Of a DNA stretch of 64,000 nucleotides, positions 1 to 8,446 are shown piece by piece. The notes beneath the pieces are model-generated. The model saw nothing but the letters and a program-made list of their open reading frames with translations. It made no database searches and was not told the DNA's origin. Numbering within the stretch: the stretch's first letter is position 1; each line of letters starts with the position of its first letter. The stretch is from Candidatus Beckwithbacteria bacterium (GTDB lineage: Bacteria > Patescibacteriota > Microgenomatia > UBA1400 > CG1-02-47-37). The DNA lies in the NCBI GenBank assembly GCA_043803225.1, contig JAZDKF010000012.1:54143-118142 (forward strand), read 5' to 3'. The position numbers and the translations under genes are program-made.

Positions 1-125
1 CATCTTTGCCGGCCAAAACCACGTCGCCCTGAAAGTTGTTTCTTCCCCCGAAGAACATGCCTTAATTACTTCCGACCCTAAAGATATTATCAAACCCATC
101 ATCCCGCCCGCTGCAAAAACTCCAG

Positions 126-1100
126 TTATGCCAGCGACGCCACCAGTTGCCGCCGCGTCTCTGGTGTCAACACCATCATCTCCACATCCTCGGGTTTAAC
201 TTTTCTTGTCCCGCCAAATCTATTAGACACCGCTTGCGAATCCAAACAATGAAATTTTTGTACTGCTTCCGGTAAAATACTTAACTTCCAAAATGGCAGT
301 CCGGTTTTTCTCCGAAACAATGGCACCAAATGACTAATTCCTACAATTACCGCCGTCCGCACCTCCCTTAAAGTCGCTTGCTGATCCAATTTTAAACTGT
401 TTAGAAACTCATCATTATCCAACAAACCAAAAAGGCCTATTAAATCTTGTTTCATTCTTTGCACTTTTTCTAAGGGAGATATTTTACTCAACTCTCTCTG
501 TTGCCTATTTAAGTGAATAAATGCCAGATTGTCTTGTGGTTGAATTTCAACCAACTGTTCTCCTTGAGAGTTTTTAATCCTATATGGCTCTTGTCCAGAA
601 AATTTTATTAAATTTATGCTCGCCGTCCCAAGGTTAATATTTCTTTTCCCCATCTTGACCTCCCTCTTATTATATTCTGGCATCCCATTTCTTGAGAATT
701 CCCAAAAGTGAGACGAAGAAAAAAAAGAAACACGACTAAACTTAAGCGAATCCTCCCATCCAAGAATTATGGACGCTGCCAACACAGACGATCCAATCCA
801 ATAGAGTGAAGCCGGATCATTAGAAAGCTCCCTTGTAAAACTATTATCAAATAAAACACTAATGGTTGTTTTTCCAAGGTTATTTGCTTGTTGCTCGGTA
901 GAACTCGATAAACTCGACGAGGCCAAAAATGGACCCACAGAATTCATTGTATTTAATGCAATGCTCACCAACAACAGTCCATAGGGGTGCCCCATATCTT
1001 TAAGAAAACTAAAAAGATTCGGATCAACTAAGGCCCGTTGAACCTCAAGTGCCGACTTAATAAAATTTCCCGATGATTGAATTATTTCTGGATTAGGCAT
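126..1100 (-). CDS. hypothetical protein, paralog A of a tandem pair (324 aa)
   Basis: Long ORF. Shares N-terminal 'EIIQS...GHPYGLLL' and C-terminal 'ISHLVPLFRRKTGLPFWKL.ILPE...FH..DSQAVS..FGGTRKVKP.DVEMMV.TP' blocks with the adjacent upstream ORF, and a 'F(S/Q)GQEP' loop. No recognisable family. Confidence 0.6.
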   Translation of the reverse strand: MPNPEIIQSSGNFIKSALEVQRALVDPNLFSFLKDMGHPYGLLLVSIALNTMNSVGPFLASSSLSSSTEQQANNLGKTTISVLFDNSFTRELSNDPASLYWIGSSVLAASIILGWEDSLKFSRVSFFSSSHFWEFSRNGMPEYNKREVKMGKRNINLGTASINLIKFSGQEPYRIKNSQGEQLVEIQPQDNLAFIHLNRQQRELSKISPLEKVQRMKQDLIGLFGLLDNDEFLNSLKLDQQATLREVRTAVIVGISHLVPLFRRKTGLPFWKLSILPEAVQKFHCLDSQAVSNRFGGTRKVKPEDVEMMVLTPETRRQLVASLA

Positions 1101-2331
1101 AGTTGGAAATTAGTTGTTGCCTCATTGTTGGCGTTATTACCATCATCTCCACATCCCCGGGCTTAACCTTCCTTGTCCCGCCAAAAGCTTTAGAAACAGC
1201 CTGAGAATCATGCTGATGGAATCGTTGCATCAATTCCGGCAATATGTCTAACTTCCAAGTTGGCAAGCTGGTTTTTCGGCCGAATAAACGCACTAAATGG
1301 CTGATACCGATAAAGATTGCTTGCTTTGCTTTCGCCAGCACTTCTTGTTGTTGCAGAGGTACCTCTCCCATTATTGGCTGATCAATAGCAGAAAAAAGGT
1401 CAATAAGGTCGTTAGTCATAATTGAAACTTTTTCCAGTGGCGATAACTGTCTAAGCTGACTAGCTTGGTGGCTTAAATGAATATGGCCAATCGGCTCGCC
1501 CGGATATATCTGTGCCAGCTCTTCTCCGCCAGGAAGTTTAATCGTGAATGGTTCCTGTCCCTGAAAAGTGGCAAATTTAACTGCGGCTGTCCCCAATCCC
1601 ACTCCATTCTTACCAACAACCAACTCTCTAACCCTCTCGGTTATTTCTTTTTCTCCCACTGCTCTTTTCGACAAAACCGGCACCAAAAACACCTGTTGAG
1701 TAAAAAGTTGTTCCAAGTTTGATTTGCGAGCCAAGTCTACATTGCTTTTTGCGCTTGACAAAACAAACGCTTTCGAAGCAACAGTTAAACCTGAACCCTT
1801 ACTAAAGTCTGTCATTATATTATCTACATCTGAACTTCTTTGGAAAGAGTATCCACTCATTCCCGAACTTTTTTCAAACGAATTGTGGAATTCATCTATT
1901 TCTTCATGCCTTACTTCGGGGACAAAACTCAACAAAGAAGGAAAAAAAGAATTTGCTAAAGACGAATTTAATAATGTTATGCTCCAAAAGGGAACCATTG
2001 CATCATCAGATACTCCTCCTGCCAAACTTGACGCAACAATAGATTTAGATGGAGAAAGAAGGGCCATAGAAACGCCCACCAGACCCTTGCTACCATCCTG
2101 TTTATACGCCGCCTTTGTTTCCACCTTTCTCTGGGGAAACTTGCTTTCGAAAAAGCCGTGAGAGAATTTGACCGAAGAAGAGTCGTTTGACTGACTCAAT
2201 AATAATCCATAAGGGTGTCCTGATTCAATAAGTTTTTGCAAGAGCTCGCTTCTCATTCCTGCATCAATCAACTCTTTTGCCTGGTGGACAACTTGTGGGG
2301 CAGACTGGATGATTTCGTGAAACCCAGCCAT
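1093..2331 (-). CDS. hypothetical protein, paralog B of a tandem pair (412 aa)
   Basis: Long ORF with an 8-nt start/stop overlap with paralog A. Same conserved N- and C-terminal blocks. The 3' ends are also similar at DNA level: 'accatcatctccacatcc(c/t)cgggtttaac(c/t)tt(c/t)cttgtcccgccaaa' occurs in both. Confidence 0.6.
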   Translation of the reverse strand: MAGFHEIIQSAPQVVHQAKELIDAGMRSELLQKLIESGHPYGLLLSQSNDSSSVKFSHGFFESKFPQRKVETKAAYKQDGSKGLVGVSMALLSPSKSIVASSLAGGVSDDAMVPFWSITLLNSSLANSFFPSLLSFVPEVRHEEIDEFHNSFEKSSGMSGYSFQRSSDVDNIMTDFSKGSGLTVASKAFVLSSAKSNVDLARKSNLEQLFTQQVFLVPVLSKRAVGEKEITERVRELVVGKNGVGLGTAAVKFATFQGQEPFTIKLPGGEELAQIYPGEPIGHIHLSHQASQLRQLSPLEKVSIMTNDLIDLFSAIDQPIMGEVPLQQQEVLAKAKQAIFIGISHLVRLFGRKTSLPTWKLDILPELMQRFHQHDSQAVSKAFGGTRKVKPGDVEMMVITPTMRQQLISNYA

Positions 2332-2394
2332 ATTTAAACTTAAAACAATTATAGGCCACAGGTCAAGTCTTTACTATTTATGCCCGCTGCCTAA

Positions 2395-3144
2395 TTATTT
2401 CCCCTGTCCGGCTTTCAACCCTACATAAAAATCCACCAGCGCCTGCGCAAATTGTTGTAGGCCTTCTGGAGAGGTTATAGAAATTGTATTGAACTTTCTA
2501 ATCTCTTTTCTACCACCATGGCGCCCCCACGTTAGTGGATTTATGCTTTTTTCAAAAGCTGGGGCTTTGGCACACTGTTGTTGGGTCAGTTGTAATAAAC
2601 CAGAATCATCAAAAACTACCCCCAACACATCACGCACCATCCTCGGACCCACATTGGCAATTTCCCTTTCTTCATTAAATTTCATGATTGTGGAAAACCC
2701 CCTCCCCGACACCCACCTCTCTACCCTCTCTATCTTTGTGTGACTTTTCCCGGTGGCTTCAAGTTGCACCCTTGCCTTATAGGTCAAAGCGTAGGCAATT
2801 TTACCATTTTTGGGCCCATAAGATCTCACTTGCCTCATTGGGGCAACTTTGTCTCTTAAAACTTCTAAATATTGTTTAATTGGAAACTGTGAAGCTAGTT
2901 GAAAAACTTCTTCATTTTTTTTCTTGTCTTTCCACCATTTAGTTTCTTCCACCGATTCTTTAATTCCCTTTGCAATTCCTTCAACTACCTGCCTCGGGGT
3001 TGCTCGCTTAATTCCTTCCCAAAATTCTGTTCTTTCTTTTTGTCGTCTTGATTTCTCTGCCATTATTTCATCTTGCTTGATTTGACGCCTAAAAGAGTCT
3101 CCTTCTTCCAATTGTTTCCGAAATTCTTCTACGTTTGACATCAA
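2395..3144 (-). CDS. hypothetical protein (249 aa), charged/coiled N-terminus
   Basis: Long ORF directly downstream of dnaN on the same strand. No recognisable motifs. Confidence 0.5.
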   Translation of the reverse strand: MMSNVEEFRKQLEEGDSFRRQIKQDEIMAEKSRRQKERTEFWEGIKRATPRQVVEGIAKGIKESVEETKWWKDKKKNEEVFQLASQFPIKQYLEVLRDKVAPMRQVRSYGPKNGKIAYALTYKARVQLEATGKSHTKIERVERWVSGRGFSTIMKFNEEREIANVGPRMVRDVLGVVFDDSGLLQLTQQQCAKAPAFEKSINPLTWGRHGGRKEIRKFNTISITSPEGLQQFAQALVDFYVGLKAGQGK

Positions 3145-3173
3145 GCCAAATTATACACTATAGGGTCAAAAAC

Positions 3174-4301
3174 CTACTCCTGCACGCGAACCGGCATGAT
3201 AATCTGAATTAAGCTCGCATCGCCCTTGGGTTTAAACACCCCCGGCGACAGCGGCCCGGAAATTTCCATCACTATCTGCTCGCTTTGCACCACATTCAGC
3301 ATTTCCAGCAAATACCGGCTGTTAAAGGCAATCTCTGCTTCCTCGCCGGTTTTCTTGCCGGAAACTTCAACTTCGTTTTCCCCTACTTGCGGCGCATTAG
3401 CCGAAATCACTAAACCTTTCTCGTTAATTTTAAACCTGACAATATTAGCGCTGTCTTTGGCAAACACTGCCGCTGCCCTGACTGCTTGTAATAGTTCTTC
3501 TGTTTCCAGCTCCACTGTGGTCGTGTGGCTTGTCGGAATTATCTTATCAAAATCCGGAAACTCTCCCTCTAAAAGTCTCGTTACCACTTCCACTTCTCCA
3601 TAAGCCATAATTAGTTGCCTCTCTTCGTCCGTGGCCGCCAAAGTAATTTCTTTTCCCTCGGCTTCTGAGGCATTTAAAGCCCTGACTAATTCCATTAACG
3701 CCTTGGCTGGAACCACCATCTCCTTGGCCTTCTTTACCCCTTTTAAACTGACTGTCTTCACCCCCAGCCGGTAACCGTCTGTCGCCGCCAATCTTAAAAT
3801 CTTTTCTTTCATTTCCAGTTTTACTCCGGTAAAAATCGGCCTGGATTCGTCCGTTGCCGCCGCCATCGCTATCTGGTTGATGCTTTCCTCAATCATTTCT
3901 TTGTCCAGTTGAATGGTTTCTTTGGCTGTTTTCCCGTCTCTAAACGAAGGCACTGCCGGAAACTCTTCTGCTCCGATTCCGTTTAATTTTGACTTAAACT
4001 TGCCGCAGCTGATCTTCAAACCCTCTCCCTCTTTTTCCAACACCACTGTTCCCGCCGGCAGCGATGCCACCGCCTCGCTTAAAATTCTCGCTGGTATGGT
4101 AATCTTCCCCTCGCCTTCTACCTTGCCGCCCAACCATAAATTCATGCCTGTTTCTAAGTTTGTCGCTGATAATTTTAACTTGCCGTTGTCTGTAGCCAAA
4201 AGAATATTAGCCAGCACCGGCAACTGGGTCTTATTTGCCACTACCCGGCTGACTAAATTAATTCCTTTGATTAAATTCTCTTGCAGTAAAGAAATTTTCA
4301 T
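3174..4301 (-). CDS. dnaN: DNA polymerase III beta sliding clamp
   Basis: 375 aa, three-domain clamp-like sequence ('MKISLLQENLIKGINLVSRVV...LPVLANILL'). Immediately downstream of dnaA. Confidence 0.9.
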   Translation of the reverse strand: MKISLLQENLIKGINLVSRVVANKTQLPVLANILLATDNGKLKLSATNLETGMNLWLGGKVEGEGKITIPARILSEAVASLPAGTVVLEKEGEGLKISCGKFKSKLNGIGAEEFPAVPSFRDGKTAKETIQLDKEMIEESINQIAMAAATDESRPIFTGVKLEMKEKILRLAATDGYRLGVKTVSLKGVKKAKEMVVPAKALMELVRALNASEAEGKEITLAATDEERQLIMAYGEVEVVTRLLEGEFPDFDKIIPTSHTTTVELETEELLQAVRAAAVFAKDSANIVRFKINEKGLVISANAPQVGENEVEVSGKKTGEEAEIAFNSRYLLEMLNVVQSEQIVMEISGPLSPGVFKPKGDASLIQIIMPVRVQE

Positions 4302-4489
4302 TTATCCCCCTTTTGTTTGTTAACTAACGGTTTAATTAGTAGTAGTTTTAGTAGGCGTTGTTGATAAGTGCATTATACAAGAATTTTTGTCTGTTTTCTT
4401 CTCTAAATATTCGCGTGCACAACCCCGAGGCGCTCTGTGGACAGACTTGTTGATAACTTGTGGATAATAACTTAACTTGTGGATAACTT
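4302..4489. promoter_or_regulatory. oriC segment (dnaA-dnaN intergenic): DnaA-box cluster plus AT-rich stretch
   Basis: Perfect TTATCCACA (as TGTGGATAA) at 4459-4467 and 4478-4486. One-mismatch boxes TGTTGATAA at 4448-4456 and ~4357-4365. A degenerate box CTGTCCACA (as TGTGGACAG) at ~4434-4442. AT-rich 'ttaattagtagtagttttag' at ~4331-4350 as a possible unwinding element. Confidence 0.7.
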
Positions 4490-5905
4490 CTATTTTTTCC
4501 CACTTTGATCCTCCAGTTGTCCACCGCCTTGGTAAATTATCTGCCTGATTCTGGTCATATCTAGTCTTAATTGTTCTGATTCTGCCAGCAATCTGGAAAT
4601 CTTATCCTCGCCGTGCATAATTGTCGTGTGGTCTCTGCCCCCCAGTACCTCCCCCGCCCCATCCAGGGAAAGCTGGAGCTCTCTTCGCAGTAAATACATT
4701 GCTATTTGTCTGGCGTTAACCAGCGATTTAATCCTCCGCACCCCCTTTAGCTCTTGGGGTTTAAGTTGGAAATAGTCGGCGACGCAATTTAAAATCTGTT
4801 TGGGTGTTGGCTTCTTGCCTCCGCTTCGCACCTCGCCATTAATTTTATTTAAAAGCGCCATCACCAACTCCTCGGTTAATGGTTCTTTTCTGGTCTCCTG
4901 CTCGGCCTTAAGCCGCATTAAAACCCCTTCAAGCTTTCTGGTTGATTCCACATTGGCGGCAATTGCCTGAGCCACCCTCATCGGTAAATCCACTCCCTTT
5001 TGCTGGGCTTTAATCAGCAGAATTGCTGTTCGCAGTTCAAATCCCGGCTTTTGTATATCCACTGTCATTCCGCCTTCAAACCTTGATTTTAATCGGTCTT
5101 CCAAGCCCTTAATTTCTGCTGGCAGTCTGTCTGAGGTTAACACAATTTGGCCGCCTTCTTTGTGGACAGCGTTGAAAGTATGGAAAAACTCTTCCTGAAC
5201 CGCTTCCTTGCCGGCAATAAACTGGACATCATCCAAAAGCAGCGCCCGCGCCCGCCGGTACTTTTGCCTAAACTGGGGTGTGGTTTTATTCCTGATTGCT
5301 TCAATTATTTCATTGGTAAACTCCTCGCCGGTACAGTAAACCAGCGCCCGGTCCGGATTTTTCTTTAAAATTTCATGCCCGACCGCCTGCATTAAATGAG
5401 TTTTTCCCACCCCCACCCCGCCGTAAATGAAAATTAAATGATAAACTTCGCCTGGCTTTTTTGCCGCGGTTTTTGCCGCCGCGTGCGCCACCTCATTGCT
5501 GGTTGAAACCGCAAAGTTGTCAAACGTCATTCCCGGAGTCAAACCCACTCGGCTCATTACCCGCTCATAAGCTTCGTCGGCAATCTTGGCGGTGTCAACC
5601 GAAAATAAATCATCTCTCGCCCCTTCTTTTTTTCTTTCTTCTTTGGCCTCAATCTGCAGCTTGATCTCGCACTTGTTTTTTAAATGCTTTTCCCCTAAAG
5701 TTTGAATTTGGCCTAAATATCTTTCAGCCACCTGGTTTTTATGGAATACTGACGGACAGCTTAAGCCCAAAACATAGCCTTGATTGTTTTTATCTAAACT
5801 AACGCTTTTTATCGGACTGATCCAAGTAGCAAAGTTTCCCGGCGACACTGACAATTCCATTTCTGCTAAAATTGACGACCAAAGAAAATTTCTGTCCATT
5901 CTCAA
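4490..5905 (-). CDS. dnaA: chromosomal replication initiator DnaA
   Basis: 471 aa. AAA+ Walker A 'GGVGVGKTHL', DnaA box-binding C-terminal domain, divergent from rpmH. Confidence 0.95.
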   Translation of the reverse strand: MRMDRNFLWSSILAEMELSVSPGNFATWISPIKSVSLDKNNQGYVLGLSCPSVFHKNQVAERYLGQIQTLGEKHLKNKCEIKLQIEAKEERKKEGARDDLFSVDTAKIADEAYERVMSRVGLTPGMTFDNFAVSTSNEVAHAAAKTAAKKPGEVYHLIFIYGGVGVGKTHLMQAVGHEILKKNPDRALVYCTGEEFTNEIIEAIRNKTTPQFRQKYRRARALLLDDVQFIAGKEAVQEEFFHTFNAVHKEGGQIVLTSDRLPAEIKGLEDRLKSRFEGGMTVDIQKPGFELRTAILLIKAQQKGVDLPMRVAQAIAANVESTRKLEGVLMRLKAEQETRKEPLTEELVMALLNKINGEVRSGGKKPTPKQILNCVADYFQLKPQELKGVRRIKSLVNARQIAMYLLRRELQLSLDGAGEVLGGRDHTTIMHGEDKISRLLAESEQLRLDMTRIRQIIYQGGGQLEDQSGKK

Positions 5906-5963
5906 TTAATATATAAGTTATCCACACTTTGTCAACAATCAAAAATTGTGCTATATTAAATTT
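5906..5963. promoter_or_regulatory. dnaA/rpmH divergent promoter region with DnaA box
   Basis: Perfect TTATCCACA at 5918-5926. 'tgctatattaaa' -10-like element just upstream of the rpmH ATG. Confidence 0.5.
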
Positions 5964-6101
5964 ATGCCTAAACGCACCTACCAGCCCTCCAAAGTTAAAC
6001 GCCAGCGTTCTCTTGGCTTTCGTTCTCGAAATCAATCGGCCGCTGGCCGCAAAGTATTAAAGCGCCGCCGCCTTAAAGGCCGCAAACGCCTGGCAGTCTA
6101 A
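5964..6101 (+). CDS. rpmH: 50S ribosomal protein L34
   Basis: Not in the ORF track (45 aa). Translation [45 protein letters not shown] is canonical L34, immediately upstream of rnpA. Confidence 0.9.
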   Translation: MPKRTYQPSKVKRQRSLGFRSRNQSAAGRKVLKRRRLKGRKRLAV

Positions 6102-6104
6102 CTC

Positions 6105-6401
6105 ATGCGCGGTTCTCAAATCCCTGAAATTCTTAAGTTAGGTAAAACCTTTTCTTCACCCCTATTCAACCTTAAATTTCTGTCTCAACCCAAAGGAATT
6201 GAAGTTGGTTTTATCGTTTCTCTTAAAACTGCCCCCCTGGCCGTTGACCGCAACCGGCTCAAGCGCCGCCTCCGCCACGCCTTTGCCCCGTTTGTTTCTC
6301 AGCTTCCTCCCGGCCGATATTTAATTCTGGCTAAGCCGGCTTTAAACTCCGCCAGTTACCAACAGCTCCTCCATGAAATCTCTGATCTTAAAATTAATTA
6401 A
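6105..6401 (+). CDS. rnpA: RNase P protein component
   Basis: 98 aa, 'NRLKRRLR' RnpA motif, rpmH-rnpA synteny. Confidence 0.85.
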   Translation: MRGSQIPEILKLGKTFSSPLFNLKFLSQPKGIEVGFIVSLKTAPLAVDRNRLKRRLRHAFAPFVSQLPPGRYLILAKPALNSASYQQLLHEISDLKIN

Positions 6402-6576
6402 GCTTTATCAAAGCCAGCCCCAAAGGTTTCCGGCTTGCCGCTTTTCCCCCACCTGTTCTGCCTATTCTTACCAAGCCATCGACAAGTATGGTATATTAAA
6501 AGGTGGCCTCTTGAGTCTCAAGAGGATTTTTAAATGCCATCCCTTCCACCCAGGCGGCGTTAATAATTTAAATTAA
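6373..6576 (+). CDS. yidD: membrane protein insertion efficiency factor YidD
   Basis: 67 aa, 'CRFSPTCSAYS' hallmark, between rnpA and yidC. Confidence 0.85.
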   Translation: MKSLILKLIKLYQSQPQRFPACRFSPTCSAYSYQAIDKYGILKGGLLSLKRIFKCHPFHPGGVNNLN

Positions 6577-6577
6577 T

Positions 6578-7366
6578 ATGTGGAACACAATCTTTTTTCA
6601 GCCTCTTTTAAATGGTTTGATCTTTGCCTATAACCTCCTGGGGCACAATTTGGGTTGGGCCATCATTGGCCTGACTGTTTTTATTCGCTTAGCTTTAACT
6701 CCCCTTACCACGCCCTCGCTTAAATCCAGCCAAAAAATGAAAGAACTTCAGCCTGAGTTAAATAAACTTAAAGAACAATATGGTGCCGACAAACAAACCT
6801 TTGCTAAAAAACAGCTTGAACTTTTTAAAAGCCGCGGGGTTAATCCGGCCGCCGGCTGTCTGCCCCAAATAATCCAACTGGTCGTCTTAATTGCCCTTTA
6901 CCAGGCCTTTAACTTAGTCTTAAAAGCTGACGGCAACTTGGTTGCTAACCTTAATCAGCTTCTTTATCCCGCCTTGCAGCTTCCTCCTGATTTTATCCTC
7001 AACACTAAATTTCTCTACTTAAATCTGGCCCAGCCGGATTTATTTATCATTCCCGGCATTAAGCTTGGCGGCTTTACCTTAAATAAACTTCCGGGCATCT
7101 TTTTAATCTTAGCTGCCGCTGTTCAATTCTTTTCCAGCAAAATGATGATGCCTGCGGCTAAAGCTGGCCAAAAACAAGCCGACAAAACCAAAGCCAAGAC
7201 CGATGATTTTGCCTCCAGCATGCAAACCCAGATGCTCTATCTTTTCCCCTTAATGACACTTTTTATCGGCTTTAACTTCCCCTCGGGTTTGGTGTTATAT
7301 TGGTTTACCTTTTCTCTCATTATGCTTATTCAACAATTGCTTTTAAACTATGGTAAAAAAAATTAA
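6578..7366 (+). CDS. yidC: membrane protein insertase YidC/Oxa1 (short form)
   Basis: 262 aa multi-TM protein, 'GCLPQIIQ' YidC motif, synteny. Confidence 0.85.
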   Translation: MWNTIFFQPLLNGLIFAYNLLGHNLGWAIIGLTVFIRLALTPLTTPSLKSSQKMKELQPELNKLKEQYGADKQTFAKKQLELFKSRGVNPAAGCLPQIIQLVVLIALYQAFNLVLKADGNLVANLNQLLYPALQLPPDFILNTKFLYLNLAQPDLFIIPGIKLGGFTLNKLPGIFLILAAAVQFFSSKMMMPAAKAGQKQADKTKAKTDDFASSMQTQMLYLFPLMTLFIGFNFPSGLVLYWFTFSLIMLIQQLLLNYGKKN

Positions 7367-7811
7367 GTCTTTAACCGAAGATTTTTTTAAGCAAATTGGC
7401 ATCAAACCAGAATCAATCACGGTTAAAGAATCTGAGGAAAAAACTTTTAAAATCGATCTTAAATTTTCTGCTGCTGACGCCGGTATTTTAATTGGCTATC
7501 ACGGCGACACCATCAGTGCTCTTCAGCTGATCTTAAACTTACTGGTTTATCATCAGCAGGGCGAGTGGTTAAAACTGATCGTTAACATTGGCGACTATCG
7601 TCAAAAGCGGGCCGAAGCCTTGGAAAAAATGGCCGAGGATGCCGCCCAAAGAGTTAAGTTCTCCGGCCAGCCGGTTGCCTTATTTAACCTGAATCCCTAC
7701 GAACGCCGCCTGATTCATGAATATCTTTCTACCAATCCCAGCGTGACCACTGAATCTGAAGGCGAAGCCAAAAACCGCCACTTGATTATTAAGCTTGCCC
7801 CGGTTAAATGA
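7350..7811 (+). CDS. jag: Jag/KhpB RNA-binding protein (KH + R3H)
   Basis: 153 aa, R3H-like 'LNPYERRLIHEYL', follows yidC as in most bacteria. Confidence 0.75.
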   Translation: MVKKIKSLTEDFFKQIGIKPESITVKESEEKTFKIDLKFSAADAGILIGYHGDTISALQLILNLLVYHQQGEWLKLIVNIGDYRQKRAEALEKMAEDAAQRVKFSGQPVALFNLNPYERRLIHEYLSTNPSVTTESEGEAKNRHLIIKLAPVK

Positions 7812-8224
7812 ATGACGCAGTTTTGAATATTTATACCGATGGCGGCTCCCGCGGCAATCCTGGTCCGGCCGCTATTGGCGTGGTCGTTAAAAACAGTTTA
7901 GGTAAAACTCTGGCCGCTTTTGGCAAGACTATTGGTTCAACCACTAACAATCAGGCAGAATATCAGGCCTTAATTGCTGCTCTTAATTGGTTAAAAAATC
8001 ACCCCGCGGTACAACAAGTCAATTTTTTTCTTGACTCTGTCCTGGTGGTTAATCAGCTTAATGGTCTCTGGAAGATTAAAAACGTCAATCTTCGCCGGCA
8101 ACTGATCACCATTAGGGAACTGGAAGCAGCCATTCCTGCTAAACTTTTTTACCAAGCCATTCCCCGAGAGCAAAACTTGCTCGCCGATCTTCAAGTTAAC
8201 TTGGCTTTAGACAAACTTCTTTAA
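7808..8224 (+). CDS. rnhA: ribonuclease H (RNase HI-like)
   Basis: 138 aa. 'YTDGGSRGNPGPAAIG' with DEDD residues (D..E 'AEYQAL'..D 'LDSVLV'..D 'ADLQ'). Confidence 0.75.
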   Translation: MNDAVLNIYTDGGSRGNPGPAAIGVVVKNSLGKTLAAFGKTIGSTTNNQAEYQALIAALNWLKNHPAVQQVNFFLDSVLVVNQLNGLWKIKNVNLRRQLITIRELEAAIPAKLFYQAIPREQNLLADLQVNLALDKLL

Positions 8225-8446
8225 GCTCTTTTTCTTTCACTATCGGACTTAAGCATAATCTAGTTTTACGCCTGTTAATTATTCATGTTAAAAAGTACTA
8301 ACGAAATATAATAAGTTTACTCAAGAAGATTTATTCATCGATTAGTCTGTTAACTCCTTAAATAGAAAATGTTAATACTTATTAAATAATATTCTAGGCC
8401 TTTTTTATTCCAGTAATAATTCCCGCTATTTTCCGCAAGCCCCAGC

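Noticed and set aside
1-100. Possible minus-strand ORF start (MMGLIISLGSEVIKACSSGEETTFRATWFWPAKM...) running off the left edge
   Set aside because: Only ~33 codons visible, no recognisable motif. Cannot distinguish a real gene from chance open frame.
1477-2161. Plus-strand ORFs (81 and 145 aa) inside the 412-aa minus-strand paralog
   Set aside because: Antisense shadow ORFs with low-complexity translations and no start context. The opposite-strand gene has conserved paralog motifs.
3226-4323. Plus-strand ORFs (125 and 136 aa) overlapping dnaN
   Set aside because: Shadow frames of the confidently identified dnaN gene. Ser/Thr-rich low-complexity translation.
5147-5664. Short plus-strand ORFs within dnaA
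   Set aside because: Antisense to DnaA AAA+ domain, no homology.
8225-8446. 222-bp strongly AT-rich intergenic region, considered as a second origin/DUE or ncRNA
   Set aside because: No DnaA-box matches better than 6/9, no stable stems or conserved RNA motifs. Most simply a promoter/leader for the large epimerase-DUF4012 gene.
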